Source of the DNA: Acholeplasma laidlawii PG-8A
GTDB taxonomy: Bacteria; Bacillota_I; Bacilli_A; Acholeplasmatales; Acholeplasmataceae
Length of the DNA stretch: 32,000 bases
Assembly (NCBI RefSeq): GCF_000018785.1
Contig: NC_010163.1
Span: forward strand, 330,001 to 362,000
Reading direction: 5' to 3'
In this document: piece by piece, positions 8,497-17,343 of the stretch
Layout of the letters: every line of letters starts with the position of its first letter
How positions within the stretch are numbered: the stretch's first letter is position 1
The notes under the pieces: model-generated
What the model saw: the letters and a program-made list of their open reading frames with translations, nothing else
Told to the model about the DNA's origin: nothing
The model's database searches: none
Translations under genes and position numbers: made by a program

Positions 8497-9657
8497 ATGA
8501 GTTATATTTTTTCAAGCGAAAGTGTGTCTAAAGGACATCCAGATAAAGTGGCGGATTTTATAGCAGATTCAGTATTAGATTTAGTATTAAAAAATGACCC
8601 TAAAGCACGTTGTGCGATTGAGGTTGCTTTAGCACACACAACTGTTTATATTTTTGGTGAGGTATCAACAAGTTATATATTAACAGATGAAATCATTATT
8701 GAAACTGCAAAAAAAGCAATCGATTTTTGTGGTTATAATGATGAGAAATTCATCTTTGATGCAAAATCAGCAACCTATCATGTAAACATTCATAAACAAA
8801 GTGCAGATATCGCGCTAGGGGTTGATGAAACAGATAATAAAGAACAAGGTGCAGGGGATCAAGGTATTATGTTTGGTTATGCTAAAGATGATACGAAAGA
8901 ACTTTTACCTTTACCGATTTTTCTAGCACATGAATTAACTAAGCGTTTAGCTTTTGTTAGAGAAGAAGGTATTGTATCCGGACTTGGACCAGATGGTAAA
9001 TCTCAAGTATCTGTTTTATATAATGAAAACCATGAACCACTGGAAGTTACAGCGATTGTATTATCTACACAACATGAAGCATCCAAAACACTTGAAAGTG
9101 TTAAAGCAGACATGATGAAACATGTTATCTTAGAAGTCATTCCAAAACATTTAATTACAGATAACACTAAATACTATATTAATCCAACCGGTAGATTCGT
9201 CATTGGTGGACCAGTAGGAGATAGTGGCTTAACAGGTCGTAAACTTATTGTAGACACTTACGGTGGATACTCACGCCACGGTGGTGGTGCATTTAGTGGT
9301 AAAGATGCATCTAAAGTAGACAGATCAGCATCTTATATGGCAAGATACTTAGCAAAACAAGTCGTAGGAAGTGGTATTGCAAAAACTTGTGAAATCCAAT
9401 TAGCTTATGCTATTGGTGTTGCAGAACCTGTAAGTTTATATGTAAACACTTTTGGTACATCTAAAGTAAGTAATGAGGTAATTGCTGAAACAATCTCCAA
9501 ACACTTTGATTTAAGACCTAAAGCAATTATTAATTATCTTGGACTTACGAACCCAATTTTCAAACAAACCACACATAATGGCCATTTTGGTAAGTTAGAA
9601 TCTAATTTAAGTTGGGAAAAATTAGATAAAATTGAAATTTTCGAACAATTAGTATAA
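8497..9657 (+). CDS. metK: S-adenosylmethionine synthetase
   Basis: The 386-aa ORF has the hallmarks FSSESVSKGHPDKVAD, GAGDQGIMFGYA, GGGAFSGKD.SKVDRSA. Confidence 0.97.
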   Translation: MSYIFSSESVSKGHPDKVADFIADSVLDLVLKNDPKARCAIEVALAHTTVYIFGEVSTSYILTDEIIIETAKKAIDFCGYNDEKFIFDAKSATYHVNIHKQSADIALGVDETDNKEQGAGDQGIMFGYAKDDTKELLPLPIFLAHELTKRLAFVREEGIVSGLGPDGKSQVSVLYNENHEPLEVTAIVLSTQHEASKTLESVKADMMKHVILEVIPKHLITDNTKYYINPTGRFVIGGPVGDSGLTGRKLIVDTYGGYSRHGGGAFSGKDASKVDRSASYMARYLAKQVVGSGIAKTCEIQLAYAIGVAEPVSLYVNTFGTSKVSNEVIAETISKHFDLRPKAIINYLGLTNPIFKQTTHNGHFGKLESNLSWEKLDKIEIFEQLV

Positions 9658-9705
9658 AATACATATATTCACTAACCATACGCAGCTTGAGAGGGTGACA
9701 GTAAG

Positions 9706-10275
9706 ATGGACAATTTATTAATTTTTTACATTACAGCAGGTATAGTCGTACTGATTCTTGTAATTATATGGGTTTGGTATCTAATTAATGCTAATAGTTT
9801 TAAAAAGAATAAACAAAATATTGCAGATCTCATGATAGATATAGATGACATCATCGTGAATAAACATAACCTGTTAAATCTTATGATAGAACAAACAAAA
9901 AGAAGTTTAGCAATTGAAGCTAAGGTACTAAATGAGATGCTTGAAATAGCGGTCATTACAAATTCAGATAGTGTTGAACAAAAACAAGATATATCATTTC
10001 AATTAACTCAATCTATGCACATGTTATATGAAATGATTACAGAACATAAAGATTTAAAAACATCAAAAGCGATTAAAGAAAAACTAGATGATTGGATTAT
10101 CCTAGAAGAAAGCCTGCAAAGCACTAGAAAATTATATAATACAAATGTTTCTAGTTTTAATCACAAAATTGTAGCATTTCCTTCAAACATTATAGCGAAA
10201 ATAAAAAAGTATAAAAGAATCGATTTCTTTGAAGTTGATATCTTACTGACTAAAGAAGAAGTAGATAGTTTATAA
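9706..10275 (+). CDS. lemA: LemA family membrane protein
   Basis: The 189-aa ORF has a single N-terminal TM and a LemA-type C-terminal motif (RKLYNTNVSSFNHKIVAFPSNIIAKI..YKRIDFFE). Confidence 0.8.
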   Translation: MDNLLIFYITAGIVVLILVIIWVWYLINANSFKKNKQNIADLMIDIDDIIVNKHNLLNLMIEQTKRSLAIEAKVLNEMLEIAVITNSDSVEQKQDISFQLTQSMHMLYEMITEHKDLKTSKAIKEKLDDWIILEESLQSTRKLYNTNVSSFNHKIVAFPSNIIAKIKKYKRIDFFEVDILLTKEEVDSL

Positions 10276-10284
10276 AGATTACCA

Positions 10285-10317
10285 AAGAGGATACTAAAAT
10301 GTATCCTCTTATTGTTT
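10285..10317 (+). terminator. rho-independent terminator after lemA
   Basis: A 10-bp perfect stem AAGAGGATAC (10285-10294) / GTATCCTCTT (10301-10310) has a 6-nt loop, followed by a T-rich tail. Confidence 0.65.
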
Positions 10318-10598
10318 ATATACACAACTTTTAATAAAAATAATATAAAAAAAAGGAATTAAAAGTAAATGATGTATTTAGTATAAAAAAACACGATATT
10401 TATGTAAAAATCATCTGAAATAGTGGGGATTATTTGGAGAAATCATATTAAATATGGTATCATTTAGTGATGTCATCTATAGATGATTGATAAGTAAACC
10501 ATGATAAGGTATGATTTGGGTTTTATGCCAAATCGTTTTAGATTAAATAAAGAATAATGAAGTACACATAAACTTAAACAAGTAAAGGAAGTGATGTT

Positions 10599-13067
10599 AT
10601 GTTTGGACTATTTGATTCGACCAAAAAAGCAGTAAAAAAATATAACAAAGTAGCTCATAAAATTATGGCTTTAGAAGATACAATGAAAGCAATGAGTGAC
10701 GAAGCATTAAAAAATCAAACTAAAATTTTTAAAGATCGTATTAAAAATGGAGAAACTTTAGACGATATTTTAGTTGAAGCATTTGCAACAGTTAGAGAAG
10801 CCTCAAAACGTGTAACTGGGCTAACACCATATTTTGTACAATTAGTTGGTGGTATGTCGATTCACGATGGTAATATTGCTGAAATGAGAACAGGTGAAGG
10901 TAAAACCTTAACCGCTGTTTTACCTGCATATTTAAATGCTTTAAATGGTGATGGTGTGCATATTGTTACAGTCAACGAATACTTAGCTAAACGTGAAGCT
11001 GAAGGCGAAATTGGTGACCTATTTAGATTCTTAGGATTAACTGTAGGTTTAAATATTAGAGATTTAGATAGAGAAGGTAAAAAGGCAGCATATGCTTGTG
11101 ATATTATGTACTCTACAAACTCTGAGTTAGGCTTTGATTACTTAAGAGATCACATGGTCTTATATCATAAAGATATGGTTGCACAAAGAGGCTACCCATA
11201 CGCAATTATTGATGAGGTTGACTCGATTTTAATTGATGAGGCTAGAACACCTTTGATTATCTCTGGACCTGCTAAACAAACTCAAAACTTATACCAACAA
11301 TCTGATCGTTTTGTAAAATCTTTAAGTGATCATGAATATGAATTAGATGTAGAGTCAAATACTGTCGAGTTAACACCTGAAGGTATTGCTAAAGCAGAAA
11401 GCGTATTTAATATTGAAAACTTATATGACTTAAGTCATGTATCTTTATTACATCACATCAACAATGCTTTAAAAGCTAATTTCACCATGTTTAGAGACAA
11501 AGAATATATGGTTGTAGAAGGTGAAGTTTTAATTATTGACCAATTTACAGGTCGTGTACTAAAGGGTAGACAATTTAGTGAAGGTCTACACCAAGCACTT
11601 GAAGCCAAAGAAAACGTTGAAATTAAAAAAGAAACTGTTACAGTAGCTACAATTACGTACCAAAACTTCTTTAGAATGTATAAAAAACTATCTGGTATGA
11701 CCGGTACTGCAAAGACTGAAGAAGATGAATTTATAGAAATTTATAACATGAGTGTTATTGAAATTCCTACAAACAAACCAGTCATTAGAGAAGATGCTAA
11801 AGATTACTTCTTTGTAACAGCAGAAGAAAAATATCAAGCATTAATTGAAGAAATCAAACGTAGACACGAGATTGGGCAACCCATATTAATTGGTACAATT
11901 GCAGTCGAAACATCAGAATTTTTAAGTATGGAATTACGCAAACATCGTATTAACCATGAAGTATTAAACGCTAAAAACCATGAAAGAGAAGCTGAAATTG
12001 TTGCTAAAGCTGGTCAAAAAGGTGCGGTTACAATCGCGACCAACATGGCTGGACGTGGTACCGACATTAAACTTGGTGAAGGTGTAGTGGAACTTGGTGG
12101 TTTAGCAGTATTAGGTTCTGAAAAACACGATGCTAGACGTATTGATAATCAGTTAAGAGGTCGTTCTGGACGTCAAGGGGATCCTGGTTTTTCAAGATTC
12201 TACTTATCTGCAGAAGATGAACTCATGGTACGTCGTGGAGGAGACCGTTTTAGAACAATTATTGAAACACTTCAACGTGCCCAAGCAACCGGTGAACCAG
12301 TAACTTCTAAGATGATTACATCTTTAATTACTGGTGCACAAAAACGTAGTGAAGGTGTCAACTCAGAAATTAGAAAAAACGTCTTAAGATATGACGATGT
12401 TTTAAGAGTGCAAAGAGAAATTATTTATGCTGAACGTACATCTATTTTAACTAAAGAAACTGTTGAAGAAGAAGTCATTAAGTTTATTGAAACAATTGTT
12501 GAAGCTGAAATTGATGAGTTTATCATTCCTCACGGAAGAAATAAATTTGAAATTAAAGATGAAGCAATTGTTCACCATTTTGAAAGTTTCTTAATACCTA
12601 AAGGTATGGTTAAAATTGAAGATGTAAATGAAATGGATGAAGTAGAAATTGTCAACCATTATAAAGATCTTGCGATTAAATTATTAGTAAGTAAAAAAGA
12701 AGTTGTACCTCAAGAAGTGTACAATGAGTTTTTAAAAGTAATCATGTTACGTGTAATTGATACTTATTGGATGCGTCATATTGATGCAATGAGTGAGTTA
12801 CGACAAGGTGTTAGACTACAATCATACGGTCAACAAAATCCGTTAATTATTTACCAAAAAGAAGGTAAACGTATGTTTGATGAAATGCGCTACAATATTT
12901 CAAAAGATATTGCTAGATATGCTGCACTGGGTCGTATTGAATTAAATGTTAGCCGTGAAGCGGTTGTTAAAAATACAAGCACAAACCAAGGTGAAGATGC
13001 TTCTAAACAAAAACGTAAACAACCTAAGCGTGCTCACAGAAGTCAATTACCGTGGAATAGAAGGTAG
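10599..13067 (+). CDS. secA: preprotein translocase ATPase SecA
   Basis: The 822-aa ORF has the hallmarks MRTGEGKTLT (Walker A), IIDEVDSILIDEARTPLIISG, TNMAGRGTDIKLG, LRGRSGRQGDPG. There is no C-terminal Cys-rich zinc tail. Confidence 0.97.
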   Translation: MFGLFDSTKKAVKKYNKVAHKIMALEDTMKAMSDEALKNQTKIFKDRIKNGETLDDILVEAFATVREASKRVTGLTPYFVQLVGGMSIHDGNIAEMRTGEGKTLTAVLPAYLNALNGDGVHIVTVNEYLAKREAEGEIGDLFRFLGLTVGLNIRDLDREGKKAAYACDIMYSTNSELGFDYLRDHMVLYHKDMVAQRGYPYAIIDEVDSILIDEARTPLIISGPAKQTQNLYQQSDRFVKSLSDHEYELDVESNTVELTPEGIAKAESVFNIENLYDLSHVSLLHHINNALKANFTMFRDKEYMVVEGEVLIIDQFTGRVLKGRQFSEGLHQALEAKENVEIKKETVTVATITYQNFFRMYKKLSGMTGTAKTEEDEFIEIYNMSVIEIPTNKPVIREDAKDYFFVTAEEKYQALIEEIKRRHEIGQPILIGTIAVETSEFLSMELRKHRINHEVLNAKNHEREAEIVAKAGQKGAVTIATNMAGRGTDIKLGEGVVELGGLAVLGSEKHDARRIDNQLRGRSGRQGDPGFSRFYLSAEDELMVRRGGDRFRTIIETLQRAQATGEPVTSKMITSLITGAQKRSEGVNSEIRKNVLRYDDVLRVQREIIYAERTSILTKETVEEEVIKFIETIVEAEIDEFIIPHGRNKFEIKDEAIVHHFESFLIPKGMVKIEDVNEMDEVEIVNHYKDLAIKLLVSKKEVVPQEVYNEFLKVIMLRVIDTYWMRHIDAMSELRQGVRLQSYGQQNPLIIYQKEGKRMFDEMRYNISKDIARYAALGRIELNVSREAVVKNTSTNQGEDASKQKRKQPKRAHRSQLPWNRR

Positions 13068-13069
13068 TT

Positions 13070-14167
13070 ATGGAAAAGTACGAAGTAAATAAGACACTAG
13101 AACTTTTTGAAACAAAAATTAAAGATTTAGAAAATGCTTTAGATTTAGATGCTATTAATAACAGATTAAAAGAAATCGAACCCATCATGGCAAATCCTAA
13201 TTTTTGGAATGATTCAAATCAAGCAAAAAAGATTAGCCAAGAATTAAATCAACTTACAGAGAAAAAACAAACTATTACATCGATTCAAAACCAATATGAG
13301 GATGCCTTAATGTGGCTTGAAGAAGCCAAAGAAGGTACTGAGAGTTGGGATATTTTAGAAGCTGAAATTGATTCACTTCAAAAAAAGATATCTGAGTTTG
13401 AAATTGAAGTATTACTCAATGGAGAATATGATCATAACAATGCAATCTTAGAACTTCATCCAGGTGCTGGTGGTACAGAGTCCATGGACTGGTGTGGTAT
13501 TTTAATGCGTATGTATGAACGCTTTGCTGGCTATAAAGGTTATAAGGTAGAAATACTAAACTACTTAGCGGGTGAAGAAGCAGGTGTTAAATCTGTTACA
13601 TTACGTATTTCTGGTCCATATGCTTATGGTAATTTAAAGTCTGAACGTGGTGTTCACAGATTAGTTCGTATCTCACCATTTGACTCCAATAAAAGAAGAC
13701 ATACTTCCTTTGTTTCATGTGATGTAGCACCTGAAATTGATGAAACAAGTGAAGTTGAATTAAAAGATGATGATATTCGTATGGATACATTCCAATCCTC
13801 TGGTGCAGGTGGTCAGTCGGTTAACACAACTTACTCTGCTGTAAGATTAACACATATACCAACTGGTATTGTTGTTAATATTCAAAATGAACGTAGTCAG
13901 ATTAAGAATAAAGAAGCAGCAATGCAAATTTTAAAATCTAAACTGATACAAAAAGAACTAGAAGAAAAACAAGCGAAGTTAAATGCCCTTAAGGGTGAAA
14001 AATCAGATATTGGTTGGGGTAGTCAAATTAGATCTTATGTATTCCAACCTTATCAAATGGTCAAAGACCACAGAACTAATTATGAAGTTGGTAATATTCA
14101 GTCTGTCATGGATGGAGATATTGACGGTTTCATTAATGCTTATTTAAAGAGTAAAGCCTATGAATAA
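13070..14167 (+). CDS. prfB: peptide chain release factor 2 (single uninterrupted ORF, no +1 frameshift site)
   Basis: The 365-aa ORF carries the RF2-specific SPF tripeptide (RISPFDS) and GGQ (SGAGGQSVN). It lies 2 nt after the secA stop, the conserved secA-prfB pair. Confidence 0.95.
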   Translation: MEKYEVNKTLELFETKIKDLENALDLDAINNRLKEIEPIMANPNFWNDSNQAKKISQELNQLTEKKQTITSIQNQYEDALMWLEEAKEGTESWDILEAEIDSLQKKISEFEIEVLLNGEYDHNNAILELHPGAGGTESMDWCGILMRMYERFAGYKGYKVEILNYLAGEEAGVKSVTLRISGPYAYGNLKSERGVHRLVRISPFDSNKRRHTSFVSCDVAPEIDETSEVELKDDDIRMDTFQSSGAGGQSVNTTYSAVRLTHIPTGIVVNIQNERSQIKNKEAAMQILKSKLIQKELEEKQAKLNALKGEKSDIGWGSQIRSYVFQPYQMVKDHRTNYEVGNIQSVMDGDIDGFINAYLKSKAYE

Positions 14168-15029
14168 AGAAATGATTAAATCATATGCACTCATTACTCT
14201 AGGCGTATTTTTACTACATTTAGCATTTTACTTTTTTATGCAACCAATGGGTTTAATCACAGGTGGTATGATGGGACTTAGTTTAATGCTTGAACCATTA
14301 ATTCCATTTTCTACAGGTATTACCTATCTCATGTTAAATATTGTAGCACTTACAATTGGCGGTATTTTATTTGGTAAAGATTTCTTTTTAAAGACTGTAT
14401 TTGCAAGTATTTTGTCACCTGTTTTAGTGACATTATTTGAAGTTTTAAAGATAGAAGATACACTTATACTAAATCAAATTGATCTACACTATCAACTCTT
14501 AGTAGCTAGTATTGCTAGTGGGGTATTAGCTGGTGTGGGTATTGGTCTAGTCTTAAGATATAATGCAACCACAGGTGGTATGGATATCTTTCAAAAGATT
14601 ATCAATAAATATTTAAAAGTACCATTTTCAGTTGCAGTTTATCTAACCGATGGTTTAATTATTTTACTTGGTGCATTTATAAGTCTACAAAATGGGTTAT
14701 TTGCTATTTTAGCTATGTTATTAACAGCATATATGTTAGAAAAAACAGCGATATTTGGAAGAAACGCCTTTGCACTGATGATTATTACCAAAAAACATGA
14801 TGAGATTAAAGAAGCAATTTATGAACGTATAGACAGAGGTGTAACAAGATTAAAAGCTATTGGTGGCTACTCTGGTATTGAAAAAGAATTAGTACTTACT
14901 ACGATGAATCGCCAACAACTCTATATTGCTAAAGAGTTTATTACACAAATAGATCCAAACGCATTTACACTCATTATCTCAACAAAAGAAGTATTAGGTG
15001 AAGGTTTTCACCGTGACGATCTCACATGA
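14160..15029 (+). CDS. YitT family membrane protein (with C-terminal DUF2179-like domain)
   Basis: The 289-aa ORF has five or six TM segments and a YitT-like soluble tail (RLKAIGGYSG.EKELVLTTM.RQQL...KEFI..IDPNAFTLI....EVLGEGF). Its start overlaps the prfB stop. Confidence 0.75.
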   Translation: MNKEMIKSYALITLGVFLLHLAFYFFMQPMGLITGGMMGLSLMLEPLIPFSTGITYLMLNIVALTIGGILFGKDFFLKTVFASILSPVLVTLFEVLKIEDTLILNQIDLHYQLLVASIASGVLAGVGIGLVLRYNATTGGMDIFQKIINKYLKVPFSVAVYLTDGLIILLGAFISLQNGLFAILAMLLTAYMLEKTAIFGRNAFALMIITKKHDEIKEAIYERIDRGVTRLKAIGGYSGIEKELVLTTMNRQQLYIAKEFITQIDPNAFTLIISTKEVLGEGFHRDDLT

Positions 15030-15595
15030 TAGTCAAAGAGGTTAGAAAACTTAAAACCAATTACCAAGTTGAATTTCAAAATGGTTATAAGTTAACAATT
15101 GATGAAGATACGTTAGTCCAATATAGATTAAGACCAGGTATTGAAGTAGAATCTGTTGAAGTCTTACAAAAAGCAATGGAAAAACATAAACTACTCAATA
15201 AGGCGATTAAATTTGCTTCCTATGGTAAGTCTGAAAATCAAGTGATTAAGTACCTAAATGAACAAGGTATGCATAATACGTATGATGCCATTATGACCCT
15301 TAAAAAAATGCGTATCATTGATGACTATAAAATGATTCGAGGACTTCAAAATAAGGGGTACTCTTATCTACAGTTAGAAGAAAAGTTAAAGTTTTATCAA
15401 TTTGAACAAAAAGACATCGACTACGCCTTAGAAAATTATAATGAAAGAATTCCTTTATATAAACAGTTTAAGTTAGCACTTAAAAAGTATGAAAAGGAAA
15501 CAGATTATAAAAAGAAACAACAAAAAATCTATCGTTATTTAATGTCTAAAGGCTTTAATGAAGATAGTGTGATGTCAGTTATGAATATCAGCTAA
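15026..15595 (+). CDS. recX: RecX family regulatory protein
   Basis: The 189-aa basic helical protein has a Firmicute RecX-type N-terminus (V..V.......Y.V.F.NGY.LTIDEDTLV.YRL..G.EV) followed by helical repeats. It is start/stop coupled to yitT through ATGA. Confidence 0.55.
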   Translation: MIVKEVRKLKTNYQVEFQNGYKLTIDEDTLVQYRLRPGIEVESVEVLQKAMEKHKLLNKAIKFASYGKSENQVIKYLNEQGMHNTYDAIMTLKKMRIIDDYKMIRGLQNKGYSYLQLEEKLKFYQFEQKDIDYALENYNERIPLYKQFKLALKKYEKETDYKKKQQKIYRYLMSKGFNEDSVMSVMNIS

Positions 15596-15628
15596 AAAAA
15601 TGAGCACATTTAATATGTGCTCATTTAT
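15596..15628. terminator. bidirectional terminator between convergent recX and the HAD hydrolase gene
   Basis: A 10-bp perfect stem ATGAGCACAT (15600-15609) / ATGTGCTCAT (15615-15624) is flanked by an A-run upstream and T-rich sequence downstream. Confidence 0.8.
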
Positions 15629-15631
15629 ATT

Positions 15632-16444
15632 TTATAGATTAAAGTATTGTTCTAAGAAGTGGCCAACACCGGCATTATCATTGTCTATATCTAGGATTTT
15701 ATCTGCAACAGCTTTTAACTCTGCTGTACCATTTGGCATTGCAAGACCAAGAGCTACACCTTGAATCATTTCAATATCATTTAGACCATCACCAAATGCT
15801 ATAGTGTTTTTCTTATCAATTCCAAAATGATCTGCTACCCATAGAATAGCTGATAATTTAGATGAACCAGTCTTGTAGATTTCATACACTGCATGTTTAG
15901 AATCACTACCCCATAATCTAAAACCGACTTCATCCTTTAAATCATTATTTATATAAGATTCAAAGTTTTGCATAAATGCATTTTCAACTAAGTAAATCAT
16001 ACCGGTTGGTGTATGTTGTAGTTGGTCAAATTCTGCGTGGATAATTTTAGCATTTTGACTCCCCATAAATATATTATGTAATCTATCTAAATATTTGTAA
16101 GCATAGATATGATCACCATAAGAATAAAATGCAGATACAAGATGTTCTTTAGTATATAAAAATAATTTATGTGCAACTTCAACTGTTATACCATCGGTTA
16201 CAATTTGAAATTTAGGATTTTTAGGTTCTCTAATGTTACCACCATTATCAGTTATTACAGGTGTTGATAAATCAAGTTCGTTGTAGATATCAATAGTTGC
16301 ATGAAATGGTCTACCTGTTGCAAGTACTACCATATGACCTTTGTCTAAGAGTTTATGTATCATTTCTTTATTCTTTAAAGGTATTTTTGAATCATTATTT
16401 AATAACGTGCCGTCTAAATCTATAGCAATTAAGTGTCTTTCCAT
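15632..16444 (-). CDS. Cof-type HAD-IIB family hydrolase (sugar-phosphate phosphatase-like)
   Basis: The 270-aa ORF has the motifs IAIDLDGTLL (motif I), ATGRP (motif II) and FGDGLNDIEM (motif IV). Confidence 0.85.
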   Translation of the reverse strand: MERHLIAIDLDGTLLNNDSKIPLKNKEMIHKLLDKGHMVVLATGRPFHATIDIYNELDLSTPVITDNGGNIREPKNPKFQIVTDGITVEVAHKLFLYTKEHLVSAFYSYGDHIYAYKYLDRLHNIFMGSQNAKIIHAEFDQLQHTPTGMIYLVENAFMQNFESYINNDLKDEVGFRLWGSDSKHAVYEIYKTGSSKLSAILWVADHFGIDKKNTIAFGDGLNDIEMIQGVALGLAMPNGTAELKAVADKILDIDNDNAGVGHFLEQYFNL

Positions 16445-16566
16445 TATGAAACCTCCATCATTTGTTAAAGTCCATTATCGCATATAATAATGCTTCTTAC
16501 AAGTTTATAAGCCCAATTATGGCATAAATATAGTATAATTTATGTAAAGGATGGTATAAATAACTT

Positions 16567-17343
16567 ATGATATGGGACTTGGGTTTTATTGAACTAAATA
16601 TTGGCTGGCTCATTACCTTTTTTTCAGGGGTTTTATTTGGCGTTATTTTACTATCTTTATGGTATCTTGTAGCAGTCATTGCCTCATTAAATAAAGGTTT
16701 AAGAGGTGCTAAAGTGCAGGAAGAAGACATTGATGAAAAAGAGATTCAATGGCTTATTGAAGATGCACATAAAACATTTAAAGATAAAAAATTAAGAACT
16801 GAAGCGGGTTATGGACCGCATTTGATGAATGTGGCTTTAGAATTAAGTGCAGATATTGCTACTAAGTTTTACCCTAAAAGTAAATATCCATATTTAGAAC
16901 TATCACTCGATGAATCCTTAGTACTACTAAAGTATGTAGCGGATCGTTTTAATGAGTTATTAGAAAAACCCATCTTAAAGATGTTTAAAGGTATTACCTT
17001 AAGAAGATTATTTACATTAAGTGAAGCTAAAACTAAAATTGATAATAATCTCCTAGTTAAAGCGACTAATAAGTTAAAGGTGAATGAAATTATTAAACAG
17101 TCTATGATGGTACTAAATGTTGTAAACCCAGTGTACTGGTTTAGAAGATTAGTGTTAAATAATGTAACTCATGCCATTATGATTAAATTAGGTTTAGTAG
17201 TAATTTCACTAACTGGTGAGGAAACGTATAAAATATACTCTAAGAAAGTATTTAATCAAGATAAGACAATAGACTCGGGCATCGAAGAATTATATAAAGG
17301 CATTGAAGCAGATTTAAAGGGGGAAGAGAATCTTGAAGCGTAA
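16567..17343 (+). CDS. hypothetical membrane protein, translationally coupled to ftsK
   Basis: The 258-aa ORF has an N-terminal ~30-aa hydrophobic stretch (IGWLITFFSGVLFGVILLSLWYLVAVIASL). I recognise no family. Its end overlaps the ftsK TTG start by 11 nt. Confidence 0.5.
   Translation: MIWDLGFIELNIGWLITFFSGVLFGVILLSLWYLVAVIASLNKGLRGAKVQEEDIDEKEIQWLIEDAHKTFKDKKLRTEAGYGPHLMNVALELSADIATKFYPKSKYPYLELSLDESLVLLKYVADRFNELLEKPILKMFKGITLRRLFTLSEAKTKIDNNLLVKATNKLKVNEIIKQSMMVLNVVNPVYWFRRLVLNNVTHAIMIKLGLVVISLTGEETYKIYSKKVFNQDKTIDSGIEELYKGIEADLKGEENLEA

Noticed and set aside
10454-10486. A 10-codon ORF (MVSFSDVIYR) in the secA upstream region that ends within the 14-bp palindrome.
   Set aside because: Its ATG overlaps the best -10 candidate, so it is probably not transcribed from that promoter. 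The only GGAG lies 14 nt upstream, which is poor spacing. An ORF this short is expected by chance.
10502-10512. An exact 11-mer, TGATAAGGTAT, shared by the secA leader (10502-10512) and the topA promoter/leader (20990-21000), with related TGATAAG copies at 10487 and 27272.
   Set aside because: By a rough estimate from base composition, hundreds of chance 11-mer coincidences are expected in 32 kb of DNA this AT-rich. The copies sit at different distances from their start codons and share no flanking similarity.
10599-13067. SecA lacks the C-terminal Cys-rich zinc-binding tail, and TopA has only one zinc ribbon.
   Set aside because: Both truncations are common in small-genome Gram-positive and Mollicute lineages that have no SecB. 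They reflect genome reduction rather than a new feature.
13070-13200. I looked for the programmed +1 frameshift site (CTT TGA C preceded by an internal SD) that interrupts prfB in many bacteria.
   Set aside because: The gene is a single uninterrupted 365-codon ORF with no in-frame TGA near codon 25. Frameshift-less prfB genes are common, so this is not unusual. The intact RF2 mainly confirms that TGA is a stop codon in this organism.
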